Shown piece by piece: positions 22,460 to 32,350 of a stretch of 64,000 nucleotides of DNA. Each line of letters opens with the position of its first letter. The stretch's first letter is position 1. Origin of the DNA: Raillietiella orientalis (Eukaryota); assembly GCA_036172245.1 (NCBI GenBank), contig JAYWIR010000037.1, positions 1,736,001-1,800,000 on the forward strand, in the 5' to 3' direction. The notes under the pieces were generated by a model. It did no database searches. It was not told the origin of the DNA and saw only the letters and a list, made by a program, of their open reading frames with translations. Made by a program: the position numbers and the translations under genes.

Positions 22460-24420
22460 ATCATCCGGGGCGTTTATTATAAAAATAATAAGCATACATC
22501 TGTAGACTCATCGGCACCATATCGTCCGAAAATGTTCGAAACCTGCCGAGTAACCGGCAAGCAGGCCGGCAAGGTTCGCCTCGGCAGCGGAGGGGAAAGA
22601 AACTAACAAAAATAACAATAAATAAAAATCAATAATAAGAAAAACTCTGGGGAGCACGGAAATGGATGACTGTGTGCTTGAGGGCATCCTCTGCATCCTT
22701 TCCAGGATGCTGAAGATGCCCTCAAGCACACAGTTCCGAAGGAAAGTTCCATCTCTGTATGTCCCAAGTGGGGACTATCTTGCTGCCGTCCACAGGAAGC
22801 GTAGGGTGAAACAGGTGGCAACTCTATCTGCTGCCCTTCTCTCGCGTAGCTTTAGGCCGCCAAAATCCCACGTAGGCAGCAAAGAGCTGCTAGGGATGCA
22901 CTAGGCGAATGGGCATCGCTCATGAAAAGGAGCTTCAGCACGTCCCTGGGATTGTCCGTCGGTGCACCGGAGGCCATTGCTTAACGCAACCATAGGGGCT
23001 GGAGAGCAACACTGACTACAAGCAGGCGAGAGAGGAATTCCCGTTTCACGCATTTGCAACTGTTGGGTGCACAGCCCCTCGGGTCCAGTGAGATCGGTGG
23101 GCGTTGCGCAGGAGACCCCAGTGCAACAGCAGAAGTGCCGACTCCGGCCACTTCAGGAGAAGGATCCGGTTGTCCTTGAGCTCTGGGGGCCACTCAAGGT
23201 CCTCCTGTGAGATTTCCAACAGCACACTCCAGCGCAATAGTTTTTTGGATAGGGCACTAATGATCGCAGCGCTTGTTAGCTTGCCCATGGTCCGACCACC
23301 TAGTTCCCTCGTCTTCTGAATGATTTCACGACTTCCCATTTGGTCAGCTGGTTATTGCCTAAGTGCTCTCTGAAGGAGAGCAATGCCGCATCTAGAAACT
23401 CTCTTTGCGCCCAGGAACACGTGGTGGGCTGCACGATGACGTCCTGCAGTGAACGGTTGTTGTAGGACTGCAGTAGTCTCTGCCACATCTCCGGGTTTGC
23501 TTCGTTGTTTTTGTTCCATGTGCGAATGCTTTCCTGCAACCAGGCACTGCCCTTCGCTCATCGGCAAAAGATCCAGCTGTTGGTTGGTCAGCTTGGACAC
23601 CCGTCGGAGCTCCAGTACGCAGCGGGACACTTTGCGCCTGCGCCGCCCCGCCGGGAACGAAGACAGTCTCTCATAGCCGGTGGCTCGCTTCACCAGGTAT
23701 CCTGCAGGCTCGCATCAGTCGTGGTCCAAAGTTTCGCCACTAGGGCAAGTGTCTTCTACTGGAGCTACCGCTCCAGGAGCTTCAGCGTCAGGAGACCGAG
23801 GCCTTGGTCGCGACGCGGAGCCCAGGAGTCTTTCAGACTGACTCGGGACCTCCCTGTGTCGCACAAGGCGATCCTCAGGAGGTCCTTCGTCCGCCTTTCT
23901 ATACTATTTGGTAAGAAACAAACAAAAGCAGGGGGCGGAACAGGGGGACCACGAACGTGTTCCACACTGCGACCCGTTCTTCAAGAGAAACTTGCCATCC
24001 TGGAACGGGCAGATCGCCGAATCTGCCTTCTGAAGGCGGCTGGACCACGTCTCCTCCGAACAATAGTCTTTCAACTAAGGTACTTAAAGTACCGGACTGT
24101 GAGGATCCTCAAACGAACCCGGACAATCCTACTGCCCAGCTCAGGTTTCACGCTTGACTTCGCTTTGTTCACCTCCATGCCTGTTCCCTTAGTAGCTCGA
24201 AGAATCCCTCGAGTGCGTCCACAGGAGCAGACCTGGAGAGAAGCAGCAAAAAGTTATCTACATAGGCCAACATGGCAGGCGTACCGAGGCACGAGCTCGT
24301 CAGGGTAGCCAGGGTATCCCTGAACGCCTCAGCACCAACTCGAAGTAGATGCTGAAGAGTAAGGTATTCAAACTGTCTTCCTGCCTCACGACGAGTCCAC
24401 CTGAGTTCCACGGGCTCACG
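22460..24420 (-). mobile_element. Second minus-strand L1/Tx1-like copy (RT C-terminal half to 3' end)
   Basis: LAYVDNFLLLL, SRVSLKDSWAPRRDQGLGLLTLKLLER, and zinc finger APNSCKCVKREFLSRLL. 3' end AATAAACGCCCCGG at 22478-22465. Confidence 0.85.
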
Positions 24421-24739
24421 CTATGCATCCAGGAAGAGCCTTTTCGCATCGTTTTATGCGAACAGGATGAGATTACTACCGAATGTAGAAGACCTGACCA
24501 AGATCATCCTATGACCATTCAACATCCTCAACTTGGACGAACTGGCTTTGGTATTTCCTAGCTTCCTTTCCTCTTCACTGGAAGCGTAGCAATAGAAACA
24601 CGAGGGATCCAGACTGAAAATTGGAGGTTTGTGAACAGTTCGCCACCAGCGGCAACCGCCATCAAATGCAGCTGATTTGCTACTACCAGGAAACAATTGG
24701 ACGATCTACCCATAGGAAACGCGAAATGTGGAAGAACCA

Positions 24740-25330
24740 AACAACAAAGTTGGGTCCGAAATCACGAAGAAAACTCTCCGCGAGCTCATCCTCCTAGCAG
24801 AGTCTGGACTGCCAATTTTCCCTCATAAAAGGAAAAATTGGTAGCCCAGACTTCCAGCCGCTATGTTATCTGCAACGTGAACCTACGAGAGGCTGAAGAG
24901 ACAGTCTGGGAAGCGACCTACCACCGTACAATCAAGACGACCTCCTTGTGTTCTACCACTGGGGAATCTTGAGTAGTTCGAGGATGAAGCATTGGACAGG
25001 CAGAGAGATTCGAGATGAACTCTGCAAAGCATATGGGGCTAAGGAAACGCAGCTGCACTTCCATAGCTGCCCAACGCTGGGCAGGGATGAATCAACGCTG
25101 AAGGAGGTAATGGGCCGGCGGGATGGTGGATGGCGATCTTGACGGGATTGCTTGACGGGAATGGCAACTCCCCCGACACAATCTTATGGTAAGAACAAAG
25201 ATTTCCCTCTTCATCACATCACATCTTGCGATAAGTAGAGCAAAAATGGGGAAATCAGGAAGGGCGACGCCTACTATCGAAATCCTAGAACGAGTAATTC
25301 AGGAGATTGACTTTAGGAACTGTGGTTGAA
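24740..25330 (+). mobile_element. Degenerate LINE ORF2 C-terminal fragment (more divergent family)
   Basis: Zinc-finger-like DELCKAYGAKETQLHFHSCPTL, preceded by FYHWGILS. Confidence 0.5.
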
Positions 25331-25595
25331 TCCCAGACTGCAAGTGTCGCTACATTTTGAAAAAGGTTGACGACAGTGACTAGGTGAAAGCAACGTCCAA
25401 GATCTTGTAACCACAGCGCTTGACATGAAGCCACTATCCTACCGAAGGGGGGCGTTTAGTGCGTCCTCGAGCTAGGACTAAAAAAACCTGTTGCGTTTCG
25501 CGTAATCCTTGTTGCTTATTTATTCCTTTGAGTGCTATGGACTCAGATGCCTCCGGCGGAAATTATCGGCGTGGACTATGAACTCATATATGAGT

Positions 25596-26023
25596 CTGGC
25601 AAACGTTTTCATCTTGTACGCACGCCATAAGTTAGCACTTTCCATGTTCGAGATGGACGCATACACTTAGACATTCTTGTCATCCCCTTGGCAACGACAG
25701 TAAACAAAATTCTGCTTGTATATCGGCCACCGATTCTCGGTTTCTCTCGGTGTTCGTACAGAATTTCTTATACCGTTTTTCATCTTTGTGATATCTTGAA
25801 AATGTGAATGGATCAACATTTTTTGAATAAATAATGATGCATGTTTGGGGAAAATGAAAACATTTCATTTAATGTGGTGTTAAATAAAAACAATTACAAC
25901 ATTGACTTTAATCTGCAATCTATGTAGTCAGTCGGCACCTCTGATAGAGCACGCGGTACGCGAAGAAGCGTTCCGTCCACTCGCGTGCCGCCGTCAACAC
26001 GGAACGCTTCAATCGGATGGACT
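25596..26023. repeat. ~430-bp repeat, inverted copy of 29917-30338
   Basis: The reverse complement aligns by eye with few differences, and the two copies give near-identical spurious ORFs (MKCFHFPQTC / MKYFHFPQTC). Contains a 12-bp perfect stem GAAGCGTTCCGT...ACGGAACGCTTC (25965-26010). Confidence 0.92.
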
Positions 26024-27329
26024 CGGACGCGGAGACTGTTCCATTTCTACGTAGCAAGAGGAGAAAGGGACAGTGGGAAGAGAAGGGAAGGAGGAGGAGA
26101 GGAGAATAGCGGTGGTAGTAAGGGTGACTACGATGATGAGAAGAAGGAGGGAAAGGAGACAGGAAGAAAGCACCCAACCCTCTGCGCATCCACTGTTCCC
26201 GTTTTTCCCTCTACTGCCCCAAGACAATCCTCACGTCAAAGAAAGACCTTCCTCCTACCCCTCCTCAGCTTCCGCTGGACCACGTCGGCTTCTCCAGTCC
26301 TTTGAGAAGGTGGCGATCATGAGCTGCAAGGAGAGCGTGAGTCCTCACCCAGAACTCCTGAAGGGACGAGGGATTCTGCTGCATTTCAAGTCTGGACGAT
26401 ACTGATGTCATCGAGCAGTGGTTCTGTGCTTCACCATCGACGTTGCGCGCATATTCTCTTGGGTTTCAGGGAATTTTTCTTGCATGCAAACCCACCTCAT
26501 CTGCATGCATAGCTTCAGGATGTCGTTCTTCTATTGTTCGACGTCGTGACATGAACCAGCACGATTCGCAAGTACCCATCTATTGATTCTGATCCCATGG
26601 AGCGTTGGACGCAAATCAGAGAGATGCTAGATTGCTGCGTCATGATAACAAACGCTTCCTAACTACGCTGCAGACGATAGCGCCTCTTATTCTTCAAAGT
26701 CATCTATCTCTTATCTGAAGCTGCTTTGTTTTCGGTAGAAGTTCCACCAACAGGTTTCTAGTAACAATAGAAGGTCGTTCCGTTTACCTAATACTGCACA
26801 GAGCCTGACCACTTTGTGGAGATTTCTCTACAGAAGTGCTCTGCCAGAATAATGCATGGAAATGATATCCTACCTGTAATTAATTGAGTGATAAATGAAT
26901 GCCGGTTTAGGATGCTGGATATCAGAGCAAGAGATGATTGCGGGTTCCGGTGTGTTACTTTTATGCACGATCTTTCTGGTGAAGTTTGTCATTATTGTAG
27001 AAAACAGGGACGTGTTTGGGGTGAATGGGTTGTTTGCGTGGAGATCTTGAGTATTAATAGGGGCTGCAGGAAATCAAGATGGTCTATCTTAATAAGCCTT
27101 TATTGGTGACAGACGATAGGAGTTGGCAGAAATGACGAAGCAGTAAGCTAAAAATCGAAGTTCATCCTCAGCAGCAAGTAGTGGCAGAAAACCGGTGGAG
27201 GAAAAGGGAACAGAATGGAATGCAGGATCTATTCTTGTCCCTAGACCTCAATTAGTTCACCTCAATAGTGCTTTCATTTGAATTTTTTTTCTGGTCATGT
27301 TCTGCGTTCAGAGAGCAAAGAGAAGTAAT

Positions 27330-27900
27330 AAATGCATGTTAATAAATATGGATAACTGTGCATATTTAGAATTAGCATATAGGTTTAGTTCTTATGCTTT
27401 GGAGGGTTTGGGAGTTCGAGATCTTGATTGGCATTGCAGAATAGTAACATTCTTCGTATATCAATGAGGCAGAGCTCCGTTAAAATCGTGGCTGTGGCCA
27501 TCCAAGAGCTTCTTCTCTCATTGCGCTGTCATTACTCCTCTTTCCAGTTTTCCATCATATTGAATTTCATACCAGAATACTTGAATACGTAATTATTGTG
27601 ATTATTCTGGATAAGTCTCGGACACTAAGTGACTGGGTATGCACAAAAGAAAATCGGTCCAGAACTGGTAGGATGTTTCATCTGTACAAATAAGCACTCA
27701 ATGCGAAAGCACCACGAGAATCGCAGCAGTTCAAACAGCAAGACATTGGATTGTTCCGGAACGTTGCCTATTCTTATGTTCCTTGCTTCCATTTTTTCTT
27801 CTGACAATTTCTTGCTTGAAGCACGGAAGTATCGACTCGTCTGGATCTCCGCACGTCAATTGAAAGCAGCTCTCACTGAAAACTTGGGTTTCCAGTTCCT
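27330..27900 (-). pseudogene. Second degenerate bunyavirus-like (Phenuiviridae-like) L fragment
   Basis: CLFVQMKHPTSSGPIFF resembles phlebovirus LLIKPTSSK.HIF. Downstream TELCLIDIRRMLLFCNANQDLELPNPPK resembles TEE..TL.RYI.MEGFVSQPEIPKPHK, in the expected order. Confidence 0.45.
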
Positions 27901-29339
27901 TTTTCGGTACTGAAAAGTTCGTTTTTTCTTTTGTCTTTTTTTTTTTCGGATTATGCAAAGCATTCAGATTTCTTGATCACAGTCGTTAGTTGCACATAAT
28001 GAAGGCGAGTCTGCAGATATCAAGGCAAAAATTTTCATCTTAGGTAATGACAGTAGCAGTGTTTGTTCAGGGAGTGCATTAGAAAGATTGCAGCTTTTAG
28101 GAGTCTGACCCTTCTTAAGTCCTCAAGTCGTTCACCGAATTGTGGTCTGTGAATATTCGTGAGATGCCTTAGAAAGCCTTCATCTTTCTGAAATAAAAAG
28201 CTCCATTGCTTAGTGGTTCTAGATTCGATGCGCGTGTATCTTCGAAAGTTCCTCTTTGTGTTGTCTTCAGAAAAATGTGAAGAATCTCATTTTGCCTGCG
28301 CACGCGCTGGAATTCTGTAGATTTTGCCTTGTAACACTCCTGTGAATCCAAATTACTTTAGAAGAGCAATTCATTGGAATTTAAAAATGCACTGCTACTG
28401 AGTTTGCATAGCAACGAAGACTGAGTCATACAGCCCATGAAACGCTGCAGGCAAGAATATGCAAAGCTGGACAACCATTCCCCTTCAAGATTGCATCACA
28501 TGGAATGAATTCAAGAAATAGAAGGGTCTAATAGGCAATGACGAATGAATGAGAATCCAGAAAGGCAAGTGCAGCTCTCAATTTTCATAAAGATGGAGAC
28601 GAATGAATTTTTGATCAGGATGTGTTTCTCTGTCTGTCAGAAGAGTGAATTAACTTTCATTGGGGAATATTCTTCTTTCAAATAGAAGACGGACCTAAGG
28701 AAGTGCGAGGTTGCTGATTTGAAACAGTATGAGGGCGGAAGATTGCCACGAAGATATGTTTCTGTTTGATAACGGGATGCAGGCTCAGGAATGAAAGGGC
28801 GGGCTTTTCGTCTTCTTTATAATCTTTCCTACTTCCTTCACGTGGACTGAATCCATTCCTTTTTTCATGGACGCACACTCTGCAAGTTTCCCGCCTCGCT
28901 GCGTGCGTGCGTGAGAGAGAGAGAGCGCGAGGGGCCTGGAGAGAACCGCTTCCGCATCGCGCAGCAACAGCAGCACTTTGATTTCTTACCCAAAAGGCCG
29001 AAAGAAGCGACTAAAGAGGAACAAAAATAGATGAGAAAGAGGGAATATTGATTTCTGAAGGATGCATCTTTTTCAATTTGACTGTGAAATGGAATATAGA
29101 TCAGGGCGGCTGTTTTTCCTACGAACAAACAGATTCAAGTTTCCGGGATTATCTCCGTTCCTGATCTGCTTGGGTCTAATGAATAAAAGATTTTCAGTTT
29201 CTGTAGAACTTTCGAAAAGCGGTTTGCACTTCTTTCTGAGATGTAGAAAGCAGAAGGTCATACGGTAACCTGGCAGCCGAAACGACTGGAAACAGTGCTG
29301 CAGTAAACAGTGACATTAAACAGATTCCTCTTCGAGATC

Positions 29340-29830
29340 TTGAAAGAGCCAGGATGCATTCTTCTTAGCAACCGTCTTGCTACTGGTCCATGACTAGCAT
29401 GGGAATGCCCTCGACCCACAGGATATCGGGACGGTCCTGTGAGGATTCTTGCGGGTCAACTGAAGATGACCTCGACACTTACACCTACCGTAATCTTGTC
29501 TAGGATTGGACAATGGTATAGCAGGCAATCGTACTCGGCGACAAACCCAACCTCTAGATCCTACGAGGGTTTTCTGGAGGAGAAGACGGTGTATCCCACT
29601 ACAACTCTATCGTGCGAGTGATCGTCACATTCTTCTTGAGGAGCATCCTCATCAGGAGAACCAAGCCGACGAAGAGTCACGCGAGCAACGCCCGGTACAT
29701 CCTACAAGGACTCCTGAAGAGGGAGATAAATATTCGTGCATGCAGGAAAGTACCATCCTGGACCCTCCTGTACTGCTTTGAGGATCGTGAAAGATGCGGC
29801 AAGGACGGTGAAGAGCTTTACCCACGCAGG
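29340..29830 (+). mobile_element. Possible degenerate LINE ORF2 3' fragment
   Basis: GC-rich decayed coding-like stretch resembling the C-termini of neighbouring LINE fragments. No intact diagnostic motif. Confidence 0.3.
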
Positions 29831-29916
29831 TCTCAGTCAGAGTGTAAACCAAAGTGAGAGTTTCTGTTTGTTTCATTTGTTTTCATTGTTTTTGATTGTT
29901 CAACCTTTGGGTGTGA

Positions 29917-30338
29917 AGTCCATCCGATTGAAGCGTTCCGTGCTGACGGCGGCACGCGAATCGCAGTTGGACGGAACGCTTCTTCGCGTACCGCGTGCTC
30001 TATCAGAGGTGCCGACTGACTACATAGAGTGCAGATTAAAGTCAATATCGTAATTGTTTTTATTTAACACCACATTAAATGAAGTATTTTCATTTTCCCC
30101 AAACATGTATCATTATTTATTTAAAAAATGTTGATCCATTCACATTTTCAAGATATCACAAAGATGAAAAACGGTATAAGAAATTCTGTACGAAAACCGA
30201 GAGAAACCGAGAATCGGTGGCCGACATACAAGCAGAATTTTGTTTACTGTCGTTGCCAGGGGGATGATGAGAATGTCCATCTCAAACATTGGCAGTGTTA
30301 AATTATGCTGCGCGTGCAATGTGAAAACATTTGCCAAA
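29917..30338. repeat. ~420-bp repeat, inverted copy of 25596-26023
   Basis: Direct visual alignment with the reverse complement of 25596-26023. Carries the same internal hairpin. Confidence 0.92.
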
Positions 30339-30484
30339 CGCCATGCTGATAGCTTCCTTCGGACGCATGTATGCGTCCACAACACTCAAAGGGTTGAAAG
30401 TGGGTGGGATTGGGTAAAGACAAGCACGGGAAACACAAGTCCTCCATTTAAGCACTAGTGGACCTACCCTGACCTACTTGACCC

Positions 30485-30600
30485 GCGTCGGAGGCCATGT
30501 GGTTACGGTCTCCGCGCGAGGCACCTGGAGTTGCGGGTTCGAATACTCGGCAAGAATCGACGCAAAGAGTTTGTGCGCCTCGTGGGTTCGAGTCCCACCC
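30485..30600 (+). pseudogene. tRNA-derived sequence: degenerate tRNA plus a second T-arm (Pol III A/B-box-like head)
   Basis: 7-bp acceptor-like stem GCGTCGG/TCGACGC, D-arm-like GGCCATGTGGTTACGGT, and B box GGTTCGAAT. A perfect second T-arm GTGGG-TTCGAGT-CCCAC lies at 30582-30598. The anticodon arm is irregular, so this is not called a functional tRNA. Confidence 0.6.
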
Positions 30601-31099
30601 GCGAGATAACGCTACTCGGCCTACTTCCGGAGGCAGCGCTCAGTAGTGGTTCAAAGTGTATGCCCCCGACGAGGTCCCAAACAATGGAAGTCGACCTCCG
30701 GGTTCCTTCCAAAAATCAAGCAGTGGAAGTTCCCCTCTGGTTGCGCATAGGACCGGACCCCCTTCGGGGGAACCCTCCATAAAGAGAGCATGTAGAACCT
30801 GCACAGCGGTACATTCTTCAAACATCTCCAGCAACAACTTGCGTTCTTCAGACTCTCTCCTCCTGCTCAATCCAGATGGTCCTCTTCACCTATTCGCAAC
30901 ACTTCAAAGTCTAGATGCATCGAGTTCATTGCATCCGAAATTCTTCTGCTGAGGAAGTGGCATGACAGGAGAATTTCTTAATTGAACTGGCATGCCTGCT
31001 GCTGCCAACACCCGCAGACCTTTCAGGCACCAGGTCTAGAACGTGCAATCGAGGTCACAAATTCGGTTTTAACCCTTTCCACTGGGACGCGTGAAAACC

Positions 31100-31760
31100 T
31101 CCGCATCTTGGGTTTTTTGTAGGACGCCTTTTGCCCTCACCCCACCCGACATCAGCACGCTGCCATCTTATTGGTGAACTCAGATCTCCATCCCGTGATC
31201 AGGGACGCATCACCACTCCTGAGAGTCCCCAAAGAGTGCGCGTATGCAGAGGACGGTAGAAACACTCCCGCACGTGCTCCCGGGTTGCCGAAGGCTGCGT
31301 CAGGGATGGGAGAGAGTACGTCGAAGCACGTCATTCCCACAGTGTCGTCCCGGAAGACCCACTTGGACGGATGGCTTGCCCGGTTGCCTCGGCGCTGACC
31401 ATCTTCCGCATGCGGGCAACGATGGCTGCCAAAATGGAGAGAGGAGGAATCGCCACCGCCTCCATGAGAAGGGCAACGAAATGACCCCCTGTGGGATGAG
31501 GGAAACAAAGAAAACCTCTAACGATTGTGGGCAGATTGACCCGAAACCGGTGAGCGCACCCCACCCTTTCCTCCCGTCCCTTCCAGGCCCGACGCAGGTC
31601 CTCAAGTACCGCGGTGTCGGTCCATCTGATTCCCTATTTATCTACGCATTTATTGTCCTTCCCTCCTTAGTTCTGTCCTTCCCGGAAAGGATAGCCCCTG
31701 TGGGCACGGACCGACACCTAACTGTATAGGTTTTGATTCATTTAATTCAAATAAATAGTT
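31100..31760 (+). mobile_element. Truncated LINE 3' fragment
   Basis: Zinc-finger-like VC..TVETLPHVLPGCRRLRQGW, followed by a pyrimidine-rich UTR and AATAAA near 31750. Confidence 0.65.
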
Positions 31761-32069
31761 GAGCTATCCGGGACGAGGTCACTCCGGGACTTTCATTCAA
31801 ACGAAATGAACAAAAATTAACTCACCCTGAAGGAACGATTCAGGGAACGCTGGCACGTAGGTCGGTAGCTTGAAGCATGTGCGGCGAAGGAGGGGTCAAA
31901 GAGCAATGCAGGGTAATAGCAATCAATAAATACATCCCTGCACGATATAGGGAGCCACCTGTAACAAATGTTTATCGTCTCTGGGACAAGGGATAACGAG
32001 AGCGTGAGGAAGTGGAAAGGGTCACCGGATGCCTGGCTTGAGTCCTTCTTACAGCTTTTCCGCAACCTT

Positions 32070-32350
32070 CGTGATGAGGATGTGAAGCCGCTACGAGGAA
32101 AGACTTCTTTTAATGCATTTTATATGACTGTTGTTTTTGTAAATATTATTTTACAATCACCGCCAGGTAAAAATAAAGGAGCACCGCCAGAGAAATGGGT
32201 GCACCGTAGGTTGGAGTTCTCCCGGCAAGATGACGCTGGTTGGCCTGTCAGGATTCAGGTGCGTTTTTGGTAGAAATTGGAAACCGGATGTCCCCGTTGA
32301 CCGATCGGGATTGGAAGTCGACCCTCCGGGGTCTTCCAGGAATCAAGGAG
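32070..32350 (+). repeat. Inverted homologue of 18955-19245 (LINE 3' end joined to 5' head)
   Basis: Shares AATATTATTTTACAATCA, GCCAGAGAAATGGGTGCACCGTAGGTTGGAG, CAAGATGACGCTGGTTGGCCTG and GGAAGTCGACCCTCCGGGGTC with the reverse complement of 18955-19245. Confidence 0.9.

Noticed and set aside
23505..24308. 267-aa plus-strand ORF (and similar 150-220 aa ORFs at 4387, 4937, 20056)
   Set aside because: These are antisense or alternative frames of GC-rich decayed LINE ORF2, not independent genes.
25680..25868. Duplicated 62-aa ORF (also 30079-30267) as a small gene
   Set aside because: Explained by the inverted repeat. AT-rich, with no motif and no evidence of coding constraint.
26888..27109. 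OTU-protease-like motif (LDIRARDDCGFRCV...WG)
   Set aside because: Spacing between the Cys motif and WG is much shorter than in OTU domains, and I see no His motif.
29630..29660. Hammerhead ribozyme core (CTGATGAG on the minus strand; also at 8210 on +)
   Set aside because: No stem II followed by GAAA, and no matching stems I/III.
30485..30563. Functional tRNA gene
   Set aside because: Anticodon arm is irregular, the T-stem is disrupted, and there is extra sequence before the acceptor 3' strand. Treated as a tRNA-derived repeat head.
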